From: Massalongia carnosa
Lineage: Eukaryota
Assembly: GCA_965645245.1 (NCBI GenBank)
Contig: OZ287075.1
Span: 1,922,001-1,986,000 of the forward strand
DNA length: 64,000 nt
Direction of reading: 5' to 3'
Positions within the stretch are counted from its first letter, which is position 1. Each line of letters opens with the position of its first letter. The notes beneath the pieces were generated by a model. It had not been told where the DNA came from. It saw nothing but the letters and a program-made list of their open reading frames with translations, and did not search any database. This document shows positions 11,430 through 22,936 of this stretch, piece after piece. Both the position numbers and the translations under genes were made by a program.

Positions 11430-12176
11430 TCAAACGGGACTTAGTTTGTTCGTGCAGGACTTAGACCGCTCAACTGGGGGAGTGGAGAATTGGTCTTCCA
11501 AGCTCATGATACTCCGTAGCTGATCATTCAAAGTGCATAGAGTCGTACCGCGACTGTCAACCCAATGGATGTCAACTATTACATTCTTTATGCCCCGAAC
11601 CTGACGAAGCGGCATCAGCCATGATGCGCCAAGATTTACTTGGTCTCGCAAACCGGAAAATTCGAAGTGTAGCTCCAAAGAAAGTAACTTCATCTCTATA
11701 GCAATCCCATTCCAGATTTGCCCCCAGGTCCGATCAGTGGAATCGGGGCTAGCCGAATAAACCCACTGAACATCCAGGTGCCGAATCAGGTAAACGCGCT
11801 GCGTTCGTAGGTAATAACAGTGAACATTTTCGAATTTGGCCCGGCCTTGTAGATTAAATATGTTAGACCTAAACGCAATGTCCAAGCCTTCCATATAGGC
11901 CTGTCGAAAAGTTCGTAGCAGGGCTAATCCTGAATGATTCGCAAAGGGATAGGAAGTCAACTCAAGCGAGTCAACATAGAAACTAACAGCCTTCTTGCGA
12001 AGGAAAAAAAGGGTCTTAGGGCCGTGATAAACGTGCTCGTATATGAGGAACCGCATCTCAATTAGGAGTCGCTGCAAAAAAATTGAACGGGCGTTGTCGT
12101 TTCCTGGAGTATGAAAGGACTTGTGGGCACCCCTAGAGACAAAGTCATCTAACCCTTTTCCCCGGGTTCTTGGAAA
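11430..12176 (-). CDS. F-box-like/DUF7730-type fungal hypothetical protein, 5' end disrupted or unresolved
   Basis: FLQRLLIEMRFLIYEHV, LALLRTFRQAYMEG...SNIF and WLMPLRQVRG motifs typical of this family; in-frame TAG at 12177-12179 upstream. Confidence 0.55.
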   Translation of the reverse strand, partial: FPRTRGKGLDDFVSRGAHKSFHTPGNDNARSIFLQRLLIEMRFLIYEHVYHGPKTLFFLRKKAVSFYVDSLELTSYPFANHSGLALLRTFRQAYMEGLDIAFRSNIFNLQGRAKFENVHCYYLRTQRVYLIRHLDVQWVYSASPDSTDRTWGQIWNGIAIEMKLLSLELHFEFSGLRDQVNLGASWLMPLRQVRGIKNVIVDIHWVDSRGTTLCTLNDQLRSIMSLEDQFSTPPVERSKSCTNKLSPV

Positions 12177-12526
12177 CTAGGCGTAGGAATGGTGCTTTTG
12201 CGAGCTTTGCTAGGGCGCCGGCGATGATGCTAGGGGGGAAATATATTCGAAAATTCTGCATACCCATGGCTTTGAATTTCAAATGATACTGCTTGGACGA
12301 ATATTCTAAGCAGGTTGATTAAACTGGTTTCGGGTCTTCTCTAAAGCTATTCGCCAGCGCAGACGGGGTAGAATTGAATAGCACACCTTAACAACTCCAA
12401 AGAACAGAATTATAACAGAAATGAATTGGATTTCTCTGAGGTAATGATTACTCGAGATTATCAAACCAAGTTGCCAAAGTTTTTTGCCTTAACTAGTTGC
12501 TACTGAATCGTGATGACGTTTCATCT

Positions 12527-12991
12527 CGAGAAGCTCGGGACAGCCCCCCACCGTCCCCCCAGCGAAAATCATTACAAATTAGGACTAGCTACAAGCCACC
12601 TCCCCATACTAAATATGTGCACGTCCACCATCTCGCAAGCTTCCTCTAGCTGATTTAGCTTAGCCTCGCATTCTGAAAAATCCTCATTGATATTTCGTAG
12701 TCAACCTGAACCCTTTGCACTGTTTCGCATATTTTCCGCACCGAGTCTTTAATAGGTGTATGTTTATTTGTCACATTCTTTACCAACGGATGCAAACCTT
12801 CCACTTTTTGTGTGCTATGTGCACCTAAATTAGGGAACTTTTTGGTGTATGCGGAAACAAACTGATAATTTGTCAGCTAGAGGAAGAAACGGTAAACGAG
12901 GTATATGCACCTAATTATTTAGTATGGGGAGGTGGCTTGTAGCTAGTTAGTCCTAATTTGGAATGATTTTCGCTGGGGGGAAGTCTTCTCG
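12527..12991. mobile_element. 465 bp non-autonomous Mutator-like element (MULE)
   Basis: Long TIRs (cgagaag...ccccccagcgaaaatcatt.caaattaggactagctacaagccacctccccatactaaata and its reverse complement); 9 bp TSD GTTTCATCT at 12518-12526 and 12992-13000. Confidence 0.9.
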
Positions 12992-13556
12992 GTTTCATCT
13001 TGCATCAAACTTTCTAACTATTAATAGTTCCTCTATATGGAGCGTACAGCTTTCAGGCAAATCTACAAAATGGGGCATTCATGATAGGTGAGATTTGACA
13101 AGAGACATCTTAACCTCAGCTCAATTCTTTTTAAACGCGACAGCTTCACAAAATGTACGACGATCTTAGATATTTATTTAACCTTACCCAGCGGCAGGCG
13201 TATTTCTTCTCTTCCTATCCCACGCCTTTTTCTTCTAGTATTTTTAAAACACAGATTACTTGTAGATGACTCTGGTGCTCAGACTCCCTGGCGCAAAATC
13301 AGGTATGGAGGTTTGATCCTTTCACCTTACTTCAGGGTAACGGTAGCTATGCTAGTAGGCAGCTAACTAGGTTGTGTACCCTCCCTCAGCGACCGCAGCA
13401 AACTCGTTTTGAAAGGTTTCAGCGATGAAAGCATGTTCCCATTTAAACGTTTCGGCCGAATAGTTAATAGAAGGTGGCGATGGAATAGCATAGGTGATGA
13501 TAATAACCGAAAGCCAAGAAGTATATCTAGGGCTAAATCAATGATAATAAAGAATA

Positions 13557-13780
13557 ATCGTGTTCATCCCCTTTTGCACCAGCGCTAAAACTAAAAAGAT
13601 AAGCGAAAAAAGCAAATCTTCTTCAGTATCGTCACTTCACATGGTTATAAATTTAACTTCATACTATCTTGAAAATGATAAACTTTCTTCAATATAATCA
13701 TTATCGCAGTTGATTGTTGATTTTGTGATCATTAAATCAGGAAGCTAATTTAGCGGCCGCGTTCAGCGCGTGAGCATGAG
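13557..13780 (+). mobile_element. decayed MITE, copy 1 (TIR about CTCGTGTTCA, TA flanks; Tc1/mariner-type)
   Basis: Ends atcgtgttca / tgagcatgag, both flanked by TA; internal blocks match the reverse complement of 15909-16175. Confidence 0.6.
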
Positions 13781-15908
13781 TAACATTAGCATCATGGCTC
13801 GACTGTAAACAGTTTCTGCCTTGAATTACATTCGACCGCAACTATCTGATCTAAGAAATACTGCAATCAAACGCAAATCCGAAGAAAAAAACTAGACTTG
13901 CACATTAGCCTTATACTAATTCTAATCGCTTCAGCAATTCTCAATCCTCGGACCAGCTCCAATGGTAGAGACTATGTGTTGAAGCCTGTCTCTCTAGCTA
14001 ATTGGGAGTAGGCACAAGGATTAGCCACGACTTACGGAGCAGTCAATTTTTCCGCCTGCCAGTAGACTCCATCACAGACGAACTAATTCTCATCTATTCA
14101 TGTTTCATTGACCATCTCATAAGCTTGTGGAGAGTTATGAAATCTTGATAGCTTAAACGAAATGCATTCTACTCAATACTCTAAAGGGTCTGAGGAATCT
14201 ATCAACAATGAAAATAAGCCCACCTAAGCACTAGGTTGTGCAACCACTTAGCTTTATAGACGTGAAATCTAACAACGTTGTGATCGAGTATAGATTGGAC
14301 ATAGAAGGCTAACCTTACATCCAAAGGGTCAACTCGGCTGACCCAGAAAGCGCCGCCAAAGTCGAAGAATGAGCACGCATCACTGGGATACAGTTTTGCA
14401 ACTTTATGTGGCGCAGTCCTGAAACACAAGTGGAATTCGCATCGGCAAGGAATTGGATGTGTTCTCTTTTAGAATCGTAGTAACTAGGTGCTCCCTAGCA
14501 AGTCTGCAAATCTAGATTCGAGGATTATATTTGACTGAACGCTAGTTTGCAGAGTATCCACGCCGTACTGGGAATCTATATCATTAGTTTCGAGAGAGAG
14601 AAGCTGGAAGAGGGAGTTTTGCCAGAGGTAGAGGTGATTTTGTATGTCGGACTAACGCCAGAAGGACTCTTGGAACATATTAACCATGACCAGTGGTGCG
14701 CAAATTTGACTTAGATGAGAAGAAGCTTCAACAAAAACAACCCTGCAAAGATTTTGTCTCTTTGAAACTACCAAGGCTTCCCCAACGTCGACTTGGACTC
14801 CAAGAGACTTTTCGGTAAGGCGATGGACCTTGATCCAGCCAAGAGGGCAACAATGGACGAGCTCTAAATGATGCTTGGCGATATACCTAAGGAAATTATT
14901 ATGCATATAGACTATTTTCATCTCCTCTGGCTTGAGTCGTGCAAACTCCATTCAGCGGGCTCGACTAGCACAAAGCAAAAAGGTCAAGCAGAAGAGCACA
15001 TCAGCGTTTTCTGACTGAGATTAGGTAATTTTACTTTCGCCGAACTATGGGGTAACCTGCTTGAATACTTCTTATTGCAGGATATGCTGCATGCATGGCT
15101 TACAAATGTTATTGTAAGGACGTTCTCCCCTACCGATACTTCTCAAAAGCGGAGCGAGTCTTAGTTAAAGTGCTAACATAGGCTCCGGTGCAATCGTAAG
15201 GGTGGATTGATACATAGATTAGCCATTGGAGTGAGTCCTAAAAGGATGATTTGATAAGGTCGAGGAGCTACCTAGGTGTTTGATTGATAGCCCTAAAAGA
15301 TTTGAAATAGCTACCAAATAACCGTCCCACGGGGGATTGGTAGCTATCCGGGAGTTCGTCGGCATTCAAGGGCCATTATAATGTGAGAATATGGCGAAAC
15401 TTTTGTAAAGGTAAATATGCGATCTGTCTTTAAGTGTAAATAAGGAGATGTAGGCAGTAAACTTTATTTTTGAAATAGGACCTTTGGGGCTTGCGCCTAA
15501 CTATTAAGGAGATTCGGAATTCCCAAAGACTTTGCGAACACGTCGGTAATCGCGGATGTTGATAATCAATGTGTTATAGTCCAAGTGCTGCAATTGTTTC
15601 AAGATGGACATGTCAAACTTAGACTTATGCCACGGTTCGTGGGAAGCGCTATCTGCGCTGGAAAAGAGGGACGTAAAGAATAATGAAGCCGCTATCTAAC
15701 GTGACTGATTTTCTCTCGCCGTCGCCAAACACTTATCGTTTGACGTAGTAGCCAAAGGAAGCTTGGCAATATTACTTAATACACAATTATGATGACGGCT
15801 TTCAATGAAATGCTGAGGAAGGCAGAAGTAAACGAGGCTGGTGCTGGACAATACTACGAAATCGAATCTCTGGGTCTAAAAGTGGATTCTCAATATGGTG
15901 TTGGCAAG

Positions 15909-16175
15909 CTCGTGTTCAAACCCCTTTTACAGCAACGTTAAACGCGATCGCTAAATTAGCTTAATAATCTCAAAGTCAAAGATTAGTTGCCACAATGATA
16001 ATGATAACGAAGCAAAACCTTCATTTTAAAGAGAGTATGGTGTTGAGGTTATAGTTATATGAATTGATGACACTGATAATCTGAAATAGTTACATAAAGA
16101 TTTGAGTTTCTTTTGATCTTTTTAGTCTTAGTGCTGATGCAAAAGGAGGTGTGGTGCAAATGGGGTGAACACTAG
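15909..16175 (-). mobile_element. decayed MITE, copy 2 (inverted relative to copy 1)
   Basis: Ends ctcgtgttca / tgaacactag; aacgcgatcgctaaattagctt and gatctttttagtcttagtgctgatgcaaaagg are inverted matches to 13742-13763 and about 13570-13600. Confidence 0.6.
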
Positions 16176-18308
16176 TAGTTGTTAATGGATAGATATAGAC
16201 ACGCCCATGTTGATAAAAGATCTTCTGAGGCTGGATTTTGATCATGGACGCGAAGAACCATTTTAAGATACAGTAATGACTGTCAAAGCCAAGTTTAATA
16301 GGAATCAAGATACTCCGTACTCATTCCCATGTATTGAGGTCGTGTTCCTCGACAAGGTCAAGGTGAATCTCAAGCAATGGGTCGTGAAACCATGCCAGCC
16401 TCCACATTTCTCTGTGATAACTGCCCAAAGAGTCCGCAATAGATCGTTGCTGGGCCCACAGAGCTCTTGGAAACCTGTACCCTCATAAATGGAGGACATG
16501 GGTCTTCTGCCATTAGCTTTGAAATGGAAGCAGTCAATTGGCCGGGAGACGTTAAGTCTTTGAAAACCTGCCTCAACCACCCATTATGCCTAAGACTGGG
16601 AATTTGAAAGATTACAAACTCTCTTCGAGGCTAATCCATTCAGTAACGCGTCTGCCAGAAGGCTAGACATCACATCCATCTCCAAGGTGTCTAGCTTATT
16701 TTTTTTACTTGTGCTTGTACAGTACACGACAATGTTTGACAACGGTGATTAGCCTTCTGTTTGTTGAGTTGTTCGTCCAAAAATCTATCTAGATGGTGAA
16801 ACATCGATGATGAAGAATTTGGGGACCAGAAGATTGTTTGTCGTTAGGAAAGTGGACATTGGCTCAATCGGTAAAGGGTTCATTGGCTGGAGAATAAAAG
16901 TTACGCGTCAATGGATCTGTTTGGTCAGGTTTCAAACGTATTGTCCCTATGACGTAAAGGAAAAATCTAAGCTTGACCCTACATAGTACTCCGTACACTC
17001 GCCAATCTTGGGAAAAGTATGAGAGGGGACAGGTTTTGGGGCGGGATCACAGTAGTTGTACAGAGTACAGCGTCACAGTACAGACTACCTCGTACAAATA
17101 TGTTCAACGCAATTTCAACGCAAAGCTGTATTGAGATAAGTCCTGAATCACTTCAATCACTTCAATTTGCCACGGAGTGAAGATCAGTGGGTGATTCAAA
17201 AGCTTGATTAGTTAGGCAAGCTTTGAACCGAGGTTCTCCCTGCCTTGATTATTTGTTTTATCGTCCTTTGCGCCGGCCCGCTGCTTGTTCGCCGCCAATC
17301 AAATGTTTCAGCACAGCCACACGCGAATAGGGTTCTGACACGCTTTTCCGCAACTTGTTTTTTGCGACCACGTTATTTTCCAGTCCGTCCTGCGAGTAAT
17401 TGCAGCCAGATGTGTCGGGGAGTAAAGATGGTATACAGAGTCATTGCCGCTGTGATGACTGCGAGTAGTGGTACTGACAATTTCATATTGAATTATTTGG
17501 TCCATTGTACGATCAATATACATGTAGGAGTCGTACAATTAGCCAGTTCGCGAAATTGCCAAATTAGTCCCGCGTTTTTCATGAACCCTCGCGAGCTCTG
17601 ATTGGCTCAATGGTACAAAACAAACCCTAAGACGAAGCTAAAGCGAAGACCCCGCCCATCTCCTGCTCTGACTCCTGTACCTGACTTGCAAGAATCCCGG
17701 TCCGTTCGCACTGGAAGAAAAGCCAATGCGCTACAAGACCTCAAAAAGGGCAGGGACGTCTGTGCCCAAGGAAACCTGATTTGCCCTGTTTTCGTGCTTT
17801 GCATCGCGGCGACGGGGATTGATTGGTGGAGGATATACAGACCTGTATATGACGAAGCTGGCGTGAGTAATATGATGCTTCCTGCCAGCTGATTTGAGAC
17901 ACTGGAAAATGCAGGAGCGGCGAGTCTGGAATCGCAGTTGGTAACCCCAAAGGTGACTAGCGCGAGGAAGCTGTTGATCCCAAAACGCTGGCGATGAATT
18001 AGCTCTGGAAAGTGGGTGAACTAGTGCTGGTGATGACAATAGTGCGGTTGCTCATCGTGGTTACCTTCATTTTTGTTTTCCCGCTTTCCCCCCAACCCCT
18101 TCTCATATCACTTGGCAAACAAAACCCTCTTGTTGTTCCCTCTTCGTTCCGTTCACTTCTTCCTACCTTACCACACACACCTACATACTCACCTACATAC
18201 TCTGTACCCCTTCAATATTGCCTTGCCCGTTCCTCTATAACCTCAACCGTCACCCTATACAACTTATTTAATAGCACTTTTACTCCACATCATACCATCC
18301 TTCTCATC

Positions 18309-19381
18309 ATGAAGTACGCAGCATTAACCGTTGTGCTGTTCGCCGGTATCAGTGTGGCTCTGGACCTTTCCTTGCTCTCAGGTCTTCCTCAATGTGGTGT
18401 ATGTAAACTTCGCATACTGGCATCTGCGGGTCAATAAATTGACTTTTCATTAGCAAGACTGCATCAAGTCCATGTTGGGGAAAGCATCAGAGTTAGGATG
18501 CGGCTCTAGCGACATCATCTGCCTGTGCAATAACAAGGCTTTTGGCAATGGCATTCACGATTGTACCTACGAGTCTTGCCCCGCAGACGCAGATAAACCC
18601 AAAGTGGTGAATGCTGGCAGCCAATTTTGTGCCCGTATGTCAAATACTTTTATCTTAACAATCATCATCTAATACCTTTACTAGAAGCTGAAGCTGCCGT
18701 ATCTTCCGTTGTGTCTTCGGTTGTGTCAGCCGCCACTGTCACTACTTCTGGCTCCAGCCCAAAATCCGGTACTTTGACAGCCACCATCACTTCAACTGCT
18801 GCTCCTTCGGGTACGAGTACTGTTTTGGTTGCTACTGGAACGGACGCGTCTGGTAGCAATGTCACTTCAGTAGTCGGTGGACTTGTGTCAGGAGGCGTAG
18901 TGATTACTACGACAGACAGCCAAGGATCAACGTTCATCACCACTGTTACGTCTATCCCTACTGGCACGGGTAATTCAAGCGCCAGCGATACGTCAAGTGG
19001 CAGCGATACTTCGAGCGGTAGTGATACCTCGAGTGGTAGTGATACGTCAAGCACCAGTGATACCGGCAGTGGAGCTGGGATCGTTAAGGTTACTACAACT
19101 AACAGCGAAGGCTCCACGGTCGTATCAACAGTAAGTCAAATACTCTCATGTGCAAGTCAACGGTGGGCTTGAGTTTCTAATTGTGTTCCCTATAGTCAAC
19201 ATCTGCGAAGGAAACAGTTACCACTGGCACCACAAAGACAACAGGCGGATCCGGTGGATCCGGTGGAGCCGCTACAACATCTTCACCATCATCATCCTCA
19301 AAAGGAGCTGCAGCTGCTACGCGTGTGGCTGTAGCTGGCTTTGCGGGCGCGGCCGGTTTTGCAGCTCTTGCTCTCCTATAG
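18309..19381 (+). CDS. CFEM-domain GPI-anchored cell-surface protein (4 exons)
   Basis: Signal peptide MKYAALTVVLFAGISVA; 8-Cys CFEM LPQCGQDCIK...GCGSSDIICLCNN...IHDCTYESC...QFC; Ser/Thr stalk with SSGSDT repeats; hydrophobic C-terminus ...GLAGAAGFAALALL*. Confidence 0.92.
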
Positions 19382-20134
19382 AACGTCTCTTCGCGTATGC
19401 AAGAGGAGTATTTTTTGAATACCCCGCTCTATCTGAGCAACACGGGGATTTGGAGGAGAATCGGTACTTTTTCCTCGGGTCGAAGGGTGATGTGCAAAGA
19501 TTAGCGCTTTGTTTGATACCCTTCTTTGTCGATAGTTATGCCGCTTATGCTTCCTTACGCTACACATACTCCCGTTGCTGGTAATTACCTTGAGATAGAT
19601 GGTGGAAAAGGGGAGGAGGGTTGGTGAATTGAGAATTGAGTGGACAGTGGCTATGGGCTGTTTAAAAGACCTAAGCTGTTGGCGCATCTTAATAATTCGA
19701 TTCTTTGTATATTTCACATCGACATTCTACTTAATATAAATAAAAGTAGAATTGTAATTCAATTGTCAGCTTTGTTCTAGAAATGATCTTATTGCATATG
19801 GCTATTCAACTCATTTAGTCTAGATTTCATATGCGAGACATCATCCGCTAACTCCATCTGATGTAAGGTAGACATTATTACTATAATCTTTGCCTCTGTG
19901 TGAAATTTGGCTTTTTTAGGAACCCTATTAAAAGGAAGAAAGGGAGAGAAGGGTAGGGGAAAGGGCAGAAGGTTAAGTTGCGGTAGGGTAGATGGCCGAG
20001 GTTAGAAGGGGACACCTACCCAGGAGGCTGTGGGGGTGCGATGTACGGTGCGGGGGAGTGAAAGGAATTTAGGGGTGGGATGTGGGGGAGACGTTAAGGG
20101 TAGGAAAGAAGTATGGAGAAGGAGGGATAGGCGG

Positions 20135-20245
20135 CAAGCGCGGGTACAAAATAAGTGGCAGTTAGGCTAATCAATCAGACCACCCTGCCAAAATCTTCCT
20201 CTAATCGAAAAGATGGACAGCTACTTTATTTTGTAACCGCGCTTG
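20135..20245. mobile_element. 111 bp MITE, CAAG...CTTG termini, 4 bp TSD GCGG
   Basis: caagcgcgggtacaaaataagtggc versus the reverse complement of the right end, caagcgcggttacaaaataaagtagc; GCGG at 20131-20134 and 20246-20249. Confidence 0.75.
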
Positions 20246-21822
20246 GCGGGTGAATTAGGGGGTGGATATCCGAACGCGTTGAAGAAGGATAACTGGGTGG
20301 TGTGCGTCTATTAATCTATCTATGATACTGTCACTGAGCCATCATAAGAAAAGAAAAGAAACGAATGGTCAGGTCATCGCCGTCGTCATGTAGCTATATA
20401 TGTATGTACTGACTAGCTGACTAGATGAAACGAAGAAATGAATAGAAGAAGTGGGCGAGTACTGCCGGCTCAAGGGGGCCGATTATGTGACTGCCGGCAG
20501 TGGTGTTCGGTAGCACTGGCCCTCGCGTGCAGTCATCACACCTGTCGCCTGAGCATCTGGTGGAGGTCTACCCCACCCCTCCACAGCGTCAGAATGGTGA
20601 GTTGGCGGAAATGCAAGGATTAGGAAGAGGAAAATGTATGTTTGATTGATTTGATGGGTTCGGTTTGGGCGTTGCGGGGAGGGAATAAAAGGGAAGAAGG
20701 GAAGGGAGGGACGGAGGGTTGATTCGGGGTTGATTCGATCAGTCGGGTTTGGAGGATGACAGTAAGATAAGGTAGAGAGATAAGATGAAGGATAAGTTAC
20801 AGACGAACAGACATGCATGAATCGGATTCGGGTTTGTTACCCGATATCTATACTAGTCTCCAAATAGGAGGCGCTCATGATTAGGATGATGAGGAGAGTC
20901 TCTATGCGCTTGGATAGAGACACGCACTATACACAGGATTGGAGCGAGGGAACAGAGAACAGCAGACGCAGAGGAGAATATGTCTTGAAGACTTCATGAT
21001 GCGGGCCATGTCAGTATGAATAGGTAAGTAAAGGAGATTTCTTAATGTAGATTGAAAGGTCGAGTTTATATACCGAGTTAGATAGTCTTGGCCCGACTAT
21101 AGGAACTGGACGCTGTTGGGCTGTAGATGACGATGGAGGATGCGAGGATTGATAAGTACTGAGTGAGATTTGGGTGGGAGCTGCGGCCGAGGGCTGGGTC
21201 GCTGGCATGGGCGCTGGAGGGTGTGGGTTGGCCGGCTGAGGACGAGGCAGGGTCGAGAAGGACGGAGAGCGGCATGCTGGGGGAGGGTGGGAACGGCGGA
21301 GGAGCCCACGGTGGCAGGGTGGGATGGCTCTTTGAGGTTTTTTGAGAGAGACTTAGTGGTAAACCTGTATCTCTCTATAATTCCTAGCTGAGGTCCCGTC
21401 CATTCATCCTTGGCAGCACCAGAGCTGCAACTCGGAGCAAGAAGGCTCGGTGGATCAATGTGGAGCTGCTCTTGCAGAGACATGGTCTAGTCTCGAAGTT
21501 TCTGCTTGTCTTTGGTTATTGGACGACAGCAGTAAAATATCGGGTTTGGCAACGTGTGAAGGGAAAGAGGGGAAGCTAGGAGGTGACTTTGCGGTTCTGA
21601 TTTTTGTGTGTTTCAGCTGGATTGGTAGCTCGGTATCTTCAGTCCTTAAGTGTTTCCCCGAGCTAATTTGGCTGGTAGGTCCATGGGCTTGGGTGCAAAG
21701 TATTGCTCCCGAGTCCGCGTCTGTCGTAGCCGTCCATCGAAAGGTGGGCGTCCGGTTCCTTCGTCAGCCTCCACTCATCTCTCCATGCAAAAGCTCCTGA
21801 GCTTTGCATTCCATCCTAAATT

Positions 21823-22266
21823 TTACCTCCTTCCCCTACTTCCCAATCTCACCTCCTCCGCGTCCTCCTGATCACTCTCATCGCGGAACCCTACCTCTAA
21901 TTCCCGACTCAACCTTCCTTGCCCCTCCCCCTCCCCCCCCTCCCTCCCGCTAATCCCCACATTGTCTAAGAGCCCCTCTTCTAACTCCTCATCCCCGAGC
22001 AAGCTTTCTCCGCTTGCGGCGCTATTACGACGCGAGAGCTGGTTCACAGCAGGGAGAGAGAGCCAGGAAGGGAGACGGGACCTGAAAGAGGGAGGGTGAC
22101 GGGATCTTAGCCGGCGGTGGAGAGGAAGGATGAGATAAATTATTATAATGTAGAGGAGGAGAGCCAGACAAGGCGGAAGGAGGATTGTCTTGGAGTATGT
22201 AAGTTAGTGAATAATGAGACTTTCAAGAATGCGCACCTTCCAAAGACCGGAGCTACCAGCGCTCAT
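21823..22266 (-). CDS. small single-pass membrane protein, fungal hypothetical (2 exons)
   Basis: MSAGSSGLWK|TILLPPCLALLLYIIIIYLILPLHRRLRSR...RLSRELEVGFRDESDQE; GTGCGC...ACTAAC...AAG intron. Confidence 0.75.
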
Positions 22267-22936
22267 CGTGAAGGTAGTGTAGGAACGTGACGTTGTGGAA
22301 GGAGCTATTGAAGGTTCTTAGTCCTGAAAGTTGACGTGTTCTTAGGGTCAGTGCGTAGGAGGGTGGAAGAATTTTTCGGAAGGAGCGGGATAATAGCGGA
22401 GACGTCAGTGCATAGAAACTCAAAAGATTGCGTTGAGGCCAAAGAAACTCTTCGATATTTCGCTGTCCGAACACTAGCCCTGTCTAGTGCATTCACCCTG
22501 TCCTCAGTTTGTGATTAGGTAATGTACGCCGCAGGGGATGCGATACTTTGTTCATCCGTGAAAGGGACAACCCCCATTCTCTACTCAACACTCCACTCGT
22601 CACTCACCACCAGTGACGTCTTTACAGTCTTTTTTCCAGAATCTCATGCGTTCAAAGCCTGTGCGTCTGTGACAGCATCTTGATGTGAGGTTTAAATTCT
22701 CGTTTTTCTTACATTTAGGCCATTATTTCCTACTCCGACGTTACAACCGGGCTCCGAGACCAATGTTCCAACGGGCTGATGATCAGAACCCATGGCCTTT
22801 TAATCTTAACTCTACACGCGATACGACTTGAATAGGTGTCTTTTACACCTAGCACATTGCATGAGTGATAAGAAACGGGAAAAGATTCACGGGTGCGACT
22901 GTCAGAAAGAAAAAAAGAGCCCGTTCTGTGGGAAGG

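Noticed and set aside
14202..14951. Short minus-strand ORFs between the two MITEs
   Set aside because: No recognisable motif or continuous frame; not callable as a gene
21011..21483. Overlapping Pro/Ser-rich ORFs
   Set aside because: Explained by compositional skew; no family signature
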